Shown here: positions 52,301 to 64,000 of the stretch, in pieces
Layout of the letters: every line of letters starts with the position of its first letter
Numbering within the stretch: position 1 is the stretch's first letter
Source: Octopus sinensis
Lineage: Eukaryota
Length of the DNA: 64,000 nucleotides
NCBI RefSeq assembly: GCF_006345805.1
Contig: NC_043009.1
Span: 25,296,001-25,360,000 of the forward strand
Direction: 5' to 3'
Made by a program: the position numbers and the translations under genes
The notes under the pieces: generated by a model
What the model was told of the DNA's origin: nothing
The model's database searches: none
The model's input: only the letters and a program-made list of their open reading frames with translations

Positions 52301-53239
52301 TACATGCAAGTAAGCATATAAATGCAAAACAAGCTGTAAAAGATAGTACTAGACTACCGAAGGTAGAGTAATGCTCTTTTTTATTAAAGCTGCAAAAATA
52401 TCCCCCCCCCCCCAAAAAAAACTACTCAGATTCATGCTGTCCAATGAATGGAAACAGGAAACTCTGTATAACAGGTTTTTTTGTGATGTTTTTGCACCTT
52501 TAAGGTGTGTTTATGTATGTATGTATATACGTATGTATGTATGTATGCACGTATGTATGTATGGACGTATGTGTGTATTTATGTATGTATGTATGTGTGT
52601 GTGTGTGTGTATGTATGTATATATGTATGTATTTATGTGTGTATGTGGCTGTGTGGTAAGAAGTTTGCTTTCCAACCACATGGTTCCAGGTTCAGTCTCA
52701 CTACATGGCACCTTGAGCTAGTGTCTTCTACTATAGCCTCAGGCTCACCAACGCCTTGTGAGTGAATTTGATAGATGGAAACTGAAAGAAGCTTGTCATG
52801 TGTGTGTATGTGTATATATATTCTCAAGACAGTGCTCCAGCATGACCACAGTGAAATGATTGAAACAATTAAAAGAATAAAAGAATATATATACCATTGC
52901 TATTATGCAAAAGTGTTGTAAGTCCAAAATGTTGCTTTTTCAGAAAATGAAAAAAATAGTTTCACCATTCCATAGCAAAACTGTTGAACTTCACTTTGAC
53001 AATTTTTGATATCTTGGCATCTGAAACAGCTGGCGATATGATAGTTTGACCAAAAGAACTGGATATTGCAAGCAAAAGTGAAAATCGAAAAAAATGCATT
53101 TGGCCAAATTTGGACATAGGACAGTTTAACATAATAACAATGATATATATATATATATATATATATCTATATATATATATATATAGCAGTTATAAATCTC
53201 TCTCTCTCTCTCTCGCTATATATATATATATATATATAT

Positions 53240-53452
53240 AAAATTTAAAGGACTGACCACTAAAAGTGGACGGTCAACATGCTAGATATAGACGTCAAAA
53301 TCGCTATTTTCCACGAAGAATGTGTTCTCAAATAAAAACTCAGCACAAAACAGTTTTTATTTGAGAACACATTCTTCGTGGAAAATAGCGATTTTGACAT
53401 CTATATCTAGCATGTTGACCGTCCACTTTTAGTGGTCAGTCCTTTAAATTTT
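53240..53452. repeat. Near-perfect palindrome, 101-bp arms, 11-nt spacer
   Basis: 53240-53340 is the reverse complement of 53352-53452 with one visible mismatch (gacgtc/gacatc); single-arm relative at 41847-41950. Confidence 0.95.
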
Positions 53453-53635
53453 GTATGTAAAACTATTTTAATCTTCGGATTTTTTTAATATGCTAGGCCA
53501 CTGGTTTTAACTGATTAATATCAATTTCTACCCTTATTAAATTATATATATATAATATATATATATATATGCGTGTGTGTGTTTATATATATACATATAT
53601 ATATATATGCATGTATACATATGAGTAGATATAAA

Positions 53636-53667
<32 letters not shown>

Positions 53668-54514
53668 TACATATATATACATGCATACATCTGTCCATGT
53701 GTACACACATTCATTTATGTATATGTATACATATAATATATATAGGCACAGGAGTGGCTGTGTGGTACGAATCTTGCTTCCCAATCTCATGGTTTTGGGT
53801 TCAGTCCAACTGCATGGCACCTTTGGCAAGTGTCTTCTACTATAGCCTCAGGTCAACCAAAGCCCTATGAGTGGATTTTCTGGACAGAAACTGAAAGAAG
53901 CCCATCGTATATATACATATGTATGTGTTTGTATGTTGATGTGTTTACGTCCCTGTAACTTAGTGGTTCAGTGAAAATGAAGATAGAATAAGTACTAGGC
54001 TTACAAAGAATAAGTCCTGGGGTAGATTTGTTCAACTAAAGGTGGTGCTCCAGCAAGGTCGCAGTCAAATGACTGAAGCAAAAATAGGAGAATAAAAAAA
54101 GAATATTTAGGTATTTTGTTATGAATTGGAGTTATGTAGGAATTAAACAAAAAGTGTATTGTCGGTTGAACAGCTTCCTGGTTACAGCAGTATGCTTTTG
54201 TATGAAGCTCTCACACACACACACACACCCACTCAGACATGTATTTATGCATTCCCTGTGTGTGTGTGTGTGTGCATGCAATGCTCACATATTTATATCC
54301 GGAATTCAAAGAAAATGACAGTCTGGGTCAGCAATAAGTCGCTGATAGGGAAAGTTTTAGTGACACTGAAGAGTCTTGAATGCTAATGTTTTGGGTGGAG
54401 AAGGAACAGAGAAGACACACGCACTCACACAACAGGCTTCTTTCAGTTACCATCCCCCCTCACTCATATGTGTGTGTGTGTGTGTATACATATTTATGTA
54501 TGTATATATATATA

Positions 54515-54555
<41 letters not shown>

Positions 54556-54577
54556 ATATATATAATATATATATATG

Positions 54578-54622
<45 letters not shown>

Positions 54623-54623
54623 G

Positions 54624-54654
<31 letters not shown>

Positions 54655-54673
54655 GTATATATATATATATGTG

Positions 54674-54758
<85 letters not shown>

Positions 54759-55034
54759 GCATATCCTGTATATGTGTGTGTGTATCTTTGTTTCTATATT
54801 TGTCACCCCACTACCACTTGACAGCTGCTGTCAGTGTGTTTACATTCCCTTAACTTAGCATTTTGGCAAAAGAGACTGATATAATAAGTGACAGTCTGAA
54901 CAAAAAAAAAAGTACTGGAGTCAATTCATTCAACTGAAACTTTTTTGTACGACAGTGCCCCACCATGGCCTCAGTCTAATGACTGAAACAAGTATAAGAT
55001 AAAGATATAAAGAGTTGATGGAGAGGTGTGACGT

Positions 55035-55131
55035 TGGATCAGGTAATGAAAGTCACGGAGAGGGTCGTAGCCCAACTAATTAGAGAGTTAGTCTAGACGA
55101 GATGCAGTTTGGGTTTGTGCCAAGGAGAAGC
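55035..55131 (+). mobile_element. RTE-type LINE reverse transcriptase fragment
   Basis: DQVMKVTERVVAQLIRE../LDEMQFGFVPRRS (frameshifted), matching RT domain 2 QFGF..GRS. Confidence 0.7.
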
Positions 55132-57570
55132 CGTAGGTAATGGTTTTAATGTGGTTATAATAGACACTTGTAGGGCTGTCCTCAATATTTGTCCTTGTTT
55201 TACGTCTTTTCATTTTGTTTGTAGTTCATAACACAGTAAGCCTTTCAAATGTGTATGTTTATATATGTAAATTATATTCATAACGTATTTGTGTGTGTAT
55301 GTATGTAGATGTCTATATATGTGCTTGTATATTTGTGTACGTATATGTATATACATTAATTTATATATACATATGTGTGTGTGTGTTTGTATACATATTA
55401 TTTGTAGATTTGGGCAAGTGTATGTGTGTGTGTGTTTGTGTATAAATGTTTGTATGTATGTATAAGGTTCAGTTGACAACAGAGTTACTTTGTCTGAATA
55501 TTTTTGCAGCAGGTAAACATATAAACTAGTACAACCTGTTTACTTGTTTATAACTGCAATATCAGTAACTTTAGAATGGCCACACACACACACACATTCC
55601 TTGTGTGCATATGTGCTTATATGGTTCAATGTCTGGCTTTCATGTTCCCAATATACATGTATATGTATGCGCGTGCACACAAACACACACACACAAACAC
55701 ATGCTCATACGTATATCTAGTTGTTTGCTGAGGTGGAGCGGTCAAGCTTAATACTTGTTCCAGTTGCCACATGTGTTGAAGTTCCTTTCTCTTTTCCTTT
55801 TTCTTTCTCTGACACGGAAATAACAATAAACCAACAATTACTTCTGGTGTTAAGTCACCAATTTAAAAGATTCCTGGGCAGGGCTTCAACCACGAATTTA
55901 ATTCTATTTAATTCTTTGTTGGGTGACTACATTATTACCCATTTCCTGTTCTTCCTTTGGAGTGACAATGACCATCTAGTCAGCCTTGTTCTCTCGTCTG
56001 TGACCATCTTCAATCCAGTGTCAAGGCCAAGTCAAGATGAGTGGGGATGGAGACAAATGCAGTTGTCATCCCTTCCTTTGGACCATTAAGGTTTCTTCCC
56101 CAGAAACTGCCAAATCCAACTCACAAGGCAGTGATCTGGCAGACACTTTAGCATGCCAAGTGAAATGCTTAACAGTATTTTGTCTGCCATTATTGACTTA
56201 ATCCCTTTGTCTGTCCTTGTTTGTCTCCTCTATGTTTAGCCCCTTGTAGGCAATAAAGAAATAAGAAACTGCCAGATCCTCTCTTCACATGCATAAGTAT
56301 ACAAGCACCAATATGTTAATTAGCCTATAGCTGGGACCTTGACGGATGATGTTACTCCAGTGCAAAGTAGACCACTGAACAGTAGTAACTAAGACCTGCT
56401 TCCACACTCCTCAAAACCCTGGAACTCCCAAACGAGGGCCTCTCTACCAGATTCAGTTTAATATCATACCCAAGGTGTACTCTAGAGGTTCGTGTCTTTG
56501 TTGCTAGGATGTTGGACTCATGATAGTAAGATTGTGGTTTCAATTTGTGGACCGGGTGGCATGTTGGGTTTCTTAAGCAAGATACTTTATTCCACAACGC
56601 TCCAGCCCACTCAGCTAGCAAAAATGAGTAACCCTGTAATGGACACACGTCCTGTCAAAGCAGGGAATTTATATATCACAGAAACCGGGAAGCTGGCCCT
56701 TTTGAGTCACCATTACTTGAGAAGATAACTTTACCTTACCTCACTTAGGATTTGAGCTACAAGAATGATGATATTTTCCTTACAACTATAGCTAACCTTT
56801 ACAGTACTGTTATTGAACAGCTTATTGTATTTGTAGTTGATACAAAATTTTTTCTAAAAAGAATAAAAAACTGCCGAGAAACACCAGATTATATCAGAAG
56901 CTATTCTTATTAATATTCATATTAAAGCGTAGGTTGAAGCAATGTGCTCATTTTATAAATTATAATTTATACAATGACTATGAATTAAACATTTGAACAT
57001 GCATTTTGTTATATGATCCTCTCCACCTGATATTATTCTTACAGCTGTGTTGAATGTTCCCTACCTTACAACTGTGTGTATGTACATGTATGTGTGTGTG
57101 TGTGTGTGTGTGTTAGTAATCTCTGAAGAATTATTATATCACCAGGTAACAGCCCATACATCACTACTACAACCACACTGTTGGAAATTCAATGATTTCT
57201 CTCTGTCACCAACAACTGTTGTCTACTGAGAGTTTTCCAGCCATACACTACGATGGACATAGGAGTTGATGTAGTTGACCAACTCACTTCCCCTAAAATT
57301 TCTGGCATTTATTTGCCATATTTTCTAGCATACAATTCAACATAGTATATTGTGTAACCATGTAGTGTAAAAAGTTTGTAACGCAATAACATGGTTCCAG
57401 GTTCAGTCCCACTGCATGGCACTTTGGGCAAGTGTCTCCTACTATAGCCTTGGGCTGACCAAAGCTTTGTGTGTGGGTTTGATAGACAGAAACTGAAAGA
57501 AGCATGTGGTATATACGCACACACACACGTGTGTGTGTGTTGTCTCCGTGTCTGTGATTGTCCTCCACCT

Positions 57571-57810
57571 GACAACTGGTGTTGGTTCATTTACATCCCT
57601 GACAACTGGTGTTGGTTCATTTACATCCCCGACAACTGATGTTGGTTCATTTACATCCCTGACAACTGATATTGGTTCATTTATATCCCTGACAACAGGT
57701 GTTGGTTCATTTACATCCCTGATAACTGGTGTTGGTTCATTTACATCCCTGATAATTGGTGTCGGTTCATTTACATCCCTGACAACTGGTGTCAGTTCAT
57801 TTACACCTCT
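57571..57810. repeat. 30-bp minisatellite, 8 copies, expanded inside a SINE-A body
   Basis: gacaactggtgttggttcatttacatccct repeated in exact 30-nt register. Confidence 0.95.
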
Positions 57811-58320
57811 GTCACTTAGCAGTTTAGCAAAACAGATCAAAGTGCCAGGCTCAAAAAAAAAGTAGGTACAAATGTCAATTCGTTCAACTAAAATTTCTTC
57901 AAGGCAGTGCTCCAGCATGGCCACAGTCTGACAACTGAAACAAACAAAATGTAAAAGATTCAAACATCATTCTTGTCTTTCCAAATCCTGCCACATTTTC
58001 TCTTGGAATTTTTGCTCTGCCAAAGTCTTCTCTGTGTAGAAGTCAATCTGGCTGTGAATTTTGGTGTGAAATCTTGTCTGCCAGAACATCTGGATATTCA
58101 CTCCAATATGGTCCTGCTGCCACCATAAATATCTGACCTTCATTCAATTGATCTATAAATAAAAAAAATATTAAAAACCAATAAAGTCCTTAAATTTTTT
58201 TGTTTTGTTTTTCTTTGGGGGGGTTCGTTGATATTCTTTTCTACTCTAGGCACAAGGCCCAGAATTTTGGGGGAGTGGGGGCAGTTGATTAAATTGACCC
58301 CAGTACACAACTGGGACTTT

Positions 58321-58540
58321 ATTTACATTATTTACATTCGATGGATATTTGTTCTCATCTTGTTTGTTGTTAACACAATGTTTTAGCTGATATACCCTCC
58401 AGCCTTCTTCAAGTGTCTTGAATAATAACAACATCGAAAACTACCTTAGGAATGAGAACCCAGGTTCGAAATTTCTCCAAGACACCTGATGAAGGCTGAA
58501 GGGTACATCAACCGAAACATTGTGTTGACAACAAACAACA
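58321..58540. mobile_element. Inverted pair of family 1 hammerhead element tails
   Basis: 58321-58420 (-) and 58421-58540 (+); hammerhead fold at 58481-58526, degenerate copy at 58372-58417. Confidence 0.75.
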
Positions 58541-59672
58541 TAGAGGGGACAAACAAGGACAGACAAACGAATCAAGTCAATTATATCGACCCCAGTACGT
58601 AACTGGTACTTAATTTATCGACCCCGAAAGGATGAAAAGCAAAGTCGACCTCGGCGGAATTTGAACTCAGAACATAACAGCAGAAGAAATATGGCTACGC
58701 ATTTTGCTCAGCGTGCTAACGTTTCTGCCAGCTCGCCGCCTTAGCAACAAATTATATTACAGCAGATCCCCATCTTGCTTTCATACATAACGTAACGTTA
58801 TGGTCCATACATAAATGCAGAACATTACATACATATATTCTTTTCTACTCTAGGCACAAGGCCTGAAATTTTTTGGGGGTGGGCAGTCAATTAGATCGAC
58901 CTCAGTACACAACTGGTACTTTATTTATTGACCCTGAAAGAATGAAAGACAAAGTCAACCTCAGTAGAATTTAAACTCAGAGCGCAAAGACAGACGAAAT
59001 ACCACTAAGCATTTTTCCCAGCATGCTAACGGTTCTTCCAGCTCACAACCTTTTTTGTTTGTTTGATATTGTTTGCTGTGAATATGTAACTGGAAATATT
59101 GTGTTCATTGCTTACACTGTTAGTTGTTGTTGAGGTGGTGGTTGTTTGTGGCCCCTATCCATGACCTCTTTTGTAGGTCAAGCAGACCTAAGATCACTGG
59201 TGTTCCATCCATGACCTCAACTGCTTTTTCTTCATGCGCATTGTAATATCTATGACTGCATTACTGATGATTGTAGGAACAGTGAGTATTAGTGATGGTG
59301 GTGATGATAGGGAGGGGCTGAAGGTGGTTGTGGTGGTAGTGATGTCTGTGGTACATGTAGGCTAGTGTTGTTTGCTATGATGGTGGTGGTGATAGTCATA
59401 AAAATAATCATAGGGGCGAAGATGATGGTGGTGGTGGTTATCCTCATCATTATCCTCGCCAGCAGCAGGAGCTTCTATGATTCCATGAGCAATTCTGGTG
59501 CCTCCATATTCTGTAGAATAAAAGAAATAACATAAATATTCCAAGCATTGTCTGAAAGTTTCTATCAATTATTCATGCTATCCAAATGATTAGTATCACT
59601 AACGATCGACTAATATATAATACATACATATAGATATAGATATAATATATATACATATATATCTATATATAC

Positions 59673-59705
<33 letters not shown>

Positions 59706-59759
59706 GATATATATGTATATATATTATATATATATCTATATGTATGTATTATAAATTAG

Positions 59760-59805
<46 letters not shown>

Positions 59806-62084
59806 TATATATCTATATATACATATATATCTATATATTGATTTTTTGTTTATTTTTATTCATTCTTTTGTTTCTTTATTTAGTAATTATCCAGGGACAT
59901 AAACGACATTATCACCTTTGGTAACCAAACTTAATTATGGTTTATATTTAATGTCACAGAAATTACTGCGCTGCTGTGATTATGATTATTATTATTATTA
60001 TTATTATCATCATCATCATCATCGTCATCATCGTCATCATTATCATCATCATCATCATTATTGTTATCATCATCATTATTATCATCGTCGTCGTCATTAT
60101 TATTATTGCTGATGCTCTGTTTTGTTTTTTTTTCTCTTTATGCTTACATCTATCTACATATGGATAGTAACTGTAATGTATCTCACTCCTAGGATGAAGT
60201 ATGTGTGTGTGTGAGTAAGTGTGTGTGTGTGGGGGGTGGTTTAACACCACAAATGTGATTAACCACCACCACTATCATTACTACTACCACTACCACCACC
60301 ATCATTAACATCATCATCGTCATCATCATTTTCGTCTTAATGTTCACTTTTCCAAGTTGACATGATTCAGATGGAATTTATTTGGGGTAGGTTTTGTTGC
60401 AGCTGGATGCCCTTCCTGTCAACAACCCTCACCTGTTTCCAAGCAACGAAATATTTCCCCATGGCCAGACATGTTTTCGCAGAATATTGTAAATGAGTGA
60501 CATTCATTTACAACAATTGTGTGTATATGTATGTGTGTGTGCGTGTATGTATATATATATATATATAGGAATAGGAGTGGCTGGGCTGTGTGGTAAGTAG
60601 CTTGCTTACCAACTACATGGTTTGGGGTTCAGTCCCACTGCATGGCACCTTGGGTGTCTTCTATCGGGCCGACCAAAGCCTTGTGAGTGGATTTAGTAGA
60701 CGGAAACTGAAAGAAGCCCATCATATATATGTGTGTATATGCTTGTGTGTCTGTGTTTGTCTTCCCCCAACATCGCTTGACAACTGATGCTGGTGTGTTT
60801 ACGTCTTCGTAACTTAGCAGTTTGGCAAAAGAAGCCAATAGAATATGTACTAGGCTTACAAAGAATAAGTCCTAGGGTCGATTTGCTCGACTAAGAGGTG
60901 GTGCTCCAGCATGGCCACAGTTAAATGACTGAAACAAGTAAAAGAGAAAAGAGTAAAAAAGAGAGTATATACATACAAAGAGAGTATATATATGTATACA
61001 TATATATATATAAGTTTCTTATTCTTTTATTGCCCACGAGGAGCTAATTATAGAGGGGACAAACAAGGATAGACAAAAGGATTAAGTCAATTACATTGAC
61101 CCTAGTGCTTAACTGGTACTTAATTTATCAACCTGAAAGGATGAAAGGCAAAGTCAACCTCGGCGGTATTTGAACTCAGAACATAATAGTAGATGAAATA
61201 TTGCTGAGCATTTCGCCCAGCGTGCTAACGTTTCTGCCAGCTCACAGTTTGGTAAGAAGCAGACTTCTTATCAAATAGCCATGCCTGTCTTACACCAGTT
61301 GTGTGTGTGAGAGAGAGAGAGGAGACAGGCATCCATCAGTAGAATCCTTGCCAAAGCAAACAGTGAAGATTGGCTCAGTTTTCTGGCTCACCAGTTCCTG
61401 TCAATCTGTCCAGCCCATGCCAACATGAGGAACAGACATTCAGTGGTGGTGATGATGATGCTGATGATGATGTACATGTGTGTGTGTTGATGTGTGTATG
61501 TGTTTTGCATCTGCTTCTTTCAGCATCGTGCATTAATTGGAAAGAACTTAGTCTTCATTTCTCTGTCACACAAACGGTGTTTCTTTTGCAATTATCCCTG
61601 AAAGATGTGTCCATCCATTTGCACCACTTGATGCTCAGAGAACAACAGGAAAAACATTATCGAGTGCGGGTTGGTGACAGGAACAGCATCCCAGCCATGG
61701 AAGATCTGCCTCAACAAATTTCATTTGACCTAATCAAGTCTAGAAAAGTGGCAGCTAAAATAATGATGACAATGATGATGATGATGGCAAAGACAACAAA
61801 TATAAAAGAGATGAGAGTCCCTGTGTATTGAAAGTATCTGTATCATGGGATGGGGATTGGGGGTGGGGTATGGTTACGTAAACAATCTATTCACCATTAG
61901 TCTCAACCCCTCCCCACCTTCTTCCATTTCTTTTCCTTCGTTTCTCTTTCTTAATTATTTGGAAGCTTGGAATGCCGGGCCAAGCTATTCAATGGAAGCT
62001 GTATTCATAAGACTCATTTGTTTGCAGAGAATATCTGTGTGTGTGTGTGTGTGTGTGTCGAAAGCTTTTTGTACACACACACAT

Positions 62085-62131
<47 letters not shown>

Positions 62132-62332
62132 TAGATAGATAGATACACACACTATACATATATATATGTATATATATATATATATATATATAACTGTATG
62201 TATAAAATTCATACAGACAGCAGTTTGCAATGTTTCACCAACAAGGAAAATTATAGCTCACTAATATATATATATATAAGTGTGTGTGTGTGTGTATATA
62301 TATACATATATATATATATATGTGTGTATATA

Positions 62333-62437
<105 letters not shown>

Positions 62438-62438
62438 G

Positions 62439-62474
<36 letters not shown>

Positions 62475-62491
62475 TAGATAGATAGATAGAT

Positions 62492-62528
<37 letters not shown>

Positions 62529-62793
62529 TATATAGATATATTATATATATATAGATATATAGATAGATATATATATATAGATAGATAGATATAGATATAT
62601 ATATAGATATATATATAGATATATATAATATATATATATATAGATATAATATATATAGATATATATATAGATATATATATGTATATATATATATGTATAT
62701 ATATATATGTATGTATGTATATATATATATGTTATATATATATATATACACACACATATACATATATGTATATATATATATAAACCCACTAAT

Positions 62794-64000
62794 ATGGGTA
62801 AAATTCCTTACCTTAGGGACTTGAGCACAAGCAACCATGCAATATGCATAGCGCTGACTGAAACGCACCTGTCAAGCAGTATAGCAGATGCAGAAATACA
62901 CATACCGAAGTATACTGTTTTTCGGTCGGACAGGAAGGAAAGAACTCATGGTGGGGTTGCCCTGTACGTCCGTGAAGATGTCACACCCATAGTACTGTTG
63001 ACACACTCAAACTCAGTCTGTGACACACTGATAGTACACATGAAACAACCGAAAATAGTAATATGTGTCACATATCGGCCACCAGACACCCCTAGTCATG
63101 AAGGAGTGTTTGAAGATAGCCTCAGAAGAATAGAAGAAGTCCTGGACAAACTGGACCAGGGTAACACCATTCTACTGCTGGGAGATTTTAACCTTCCGAA
63201 AGTCAAATGGCCAGATGGCCATCTCCTCCCTGGAATGACATCACTTGAACAGAGACAGACAGAGTCCTTGTTGGCTCTCACACGCAAGTTTTTCATGGAG
63301 CAAGCAGTGCTTTGGCCAACAAGAGGTGAGAATGTCTTGGACCTCTGTTTCACAAGCAACCCGATGCTCATCCACAACATAATGGTAACACCAACAATTC
63401 TCTCAGATCACAACTTAGTAGAGGTAATGATATATGGTATGAGAGAGTTAGTTGAGACGCAGCCATTAGAAAATACCACAGGCCTATCCAGTCTAAACTT
63501 CCATAAGGCAACTGGAAGAAGATCAACGAAGAGATCCGAAAACATGACTGGAGTGACTTCATCACCACACAAGACACCAACACACATTTCCAACATTTCA
63601 TGACAACAATACAGAACATATGCCATAAGTTTGTCCGGAGAAAAAAGCCAGCGGGCATAGGAACGTTATTCCCAGAGACAGGAAAATACTTATGAGGCGA
63701 AGAGCTAAGCTCTCGAAGCAACTGAATGCACGGCAGAGAAACAATGAGGGACTCCACCTGAAACTTTTTGAAACGGAAACTGCACTCAAACTTTCCTATG
63801 AGAAGGAGAGGGCAGAGAGAGAAGCCAGGGCCATAGAGAATATTAAAACAAACCCTAAAGCCTTCTTTAAATTTGCGAAAGAAACCACCTCGGTACACTG
63901 CAAGATTGGCCCACTCTTTGATAAAAAGGGCTCTCTAACTGAGGACCCCCAAGGGATAAGTGAAATACTAAAGGAACAGTATAAAAGTGTGTTCACATCC
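62794..64000 (+). mobile_element. CR1-type LINE ORF2, APE endonuclease and linker, two frameshifts, runs off the window
   Basis: [10 protein letters not shown]...GGVALY, YRPP, GDFN, PTRGENVLDL and SDH endonuclease motifs; after frameshifts near 63510 and 63655 continues IKTNPKAFFKF...IGPL...QYKSVFT. Confidence 0.9.

Noticed and set aside
57442-57963. 173-aa repetitive protein ORF
   Set aside because: Arises from a 30-bp minisatellite inside a SINE.

Overview
AT-rich, repeat-dense eukaryotic DNA. The SINE families and microsatellite load resemble a coleoid cephalopod, most likely Octopus (inferred, not proven). The only well-supported host gene is TRAP1/HSP75 (mitochondrial Hsp90) on the + strand. 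Thirteen GT-AG coding exons lie between 12206 and 46766 and splice into an uninterrupted 539-codon frame. The N-terminal exons and the last C-terminal exons were not found and probably lie outside the window. Almost all ORFs in the supplied track are microsatellite or SINE artefacts. The introns contain tRNA-derived SINEs, Helitron-like elements, MITEs of several superfamilies (Merlin-, piggyBac-, hAT- and Tc1/mariner-like), an R4/Dong-type LINE fragment, an RTE fragment and a CR1-type LINE at the right edge. The most interesting signal is a set of short repeats carrying minimal, Penelope-type hammerhead ribozyme folds. One of these is a tRNA-headed SINE-like element with a hammerhead in its tail that occurs as a head-to-head inverted pair at all three loci. 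Several local palindromes and inverted duplications accompany these elements.
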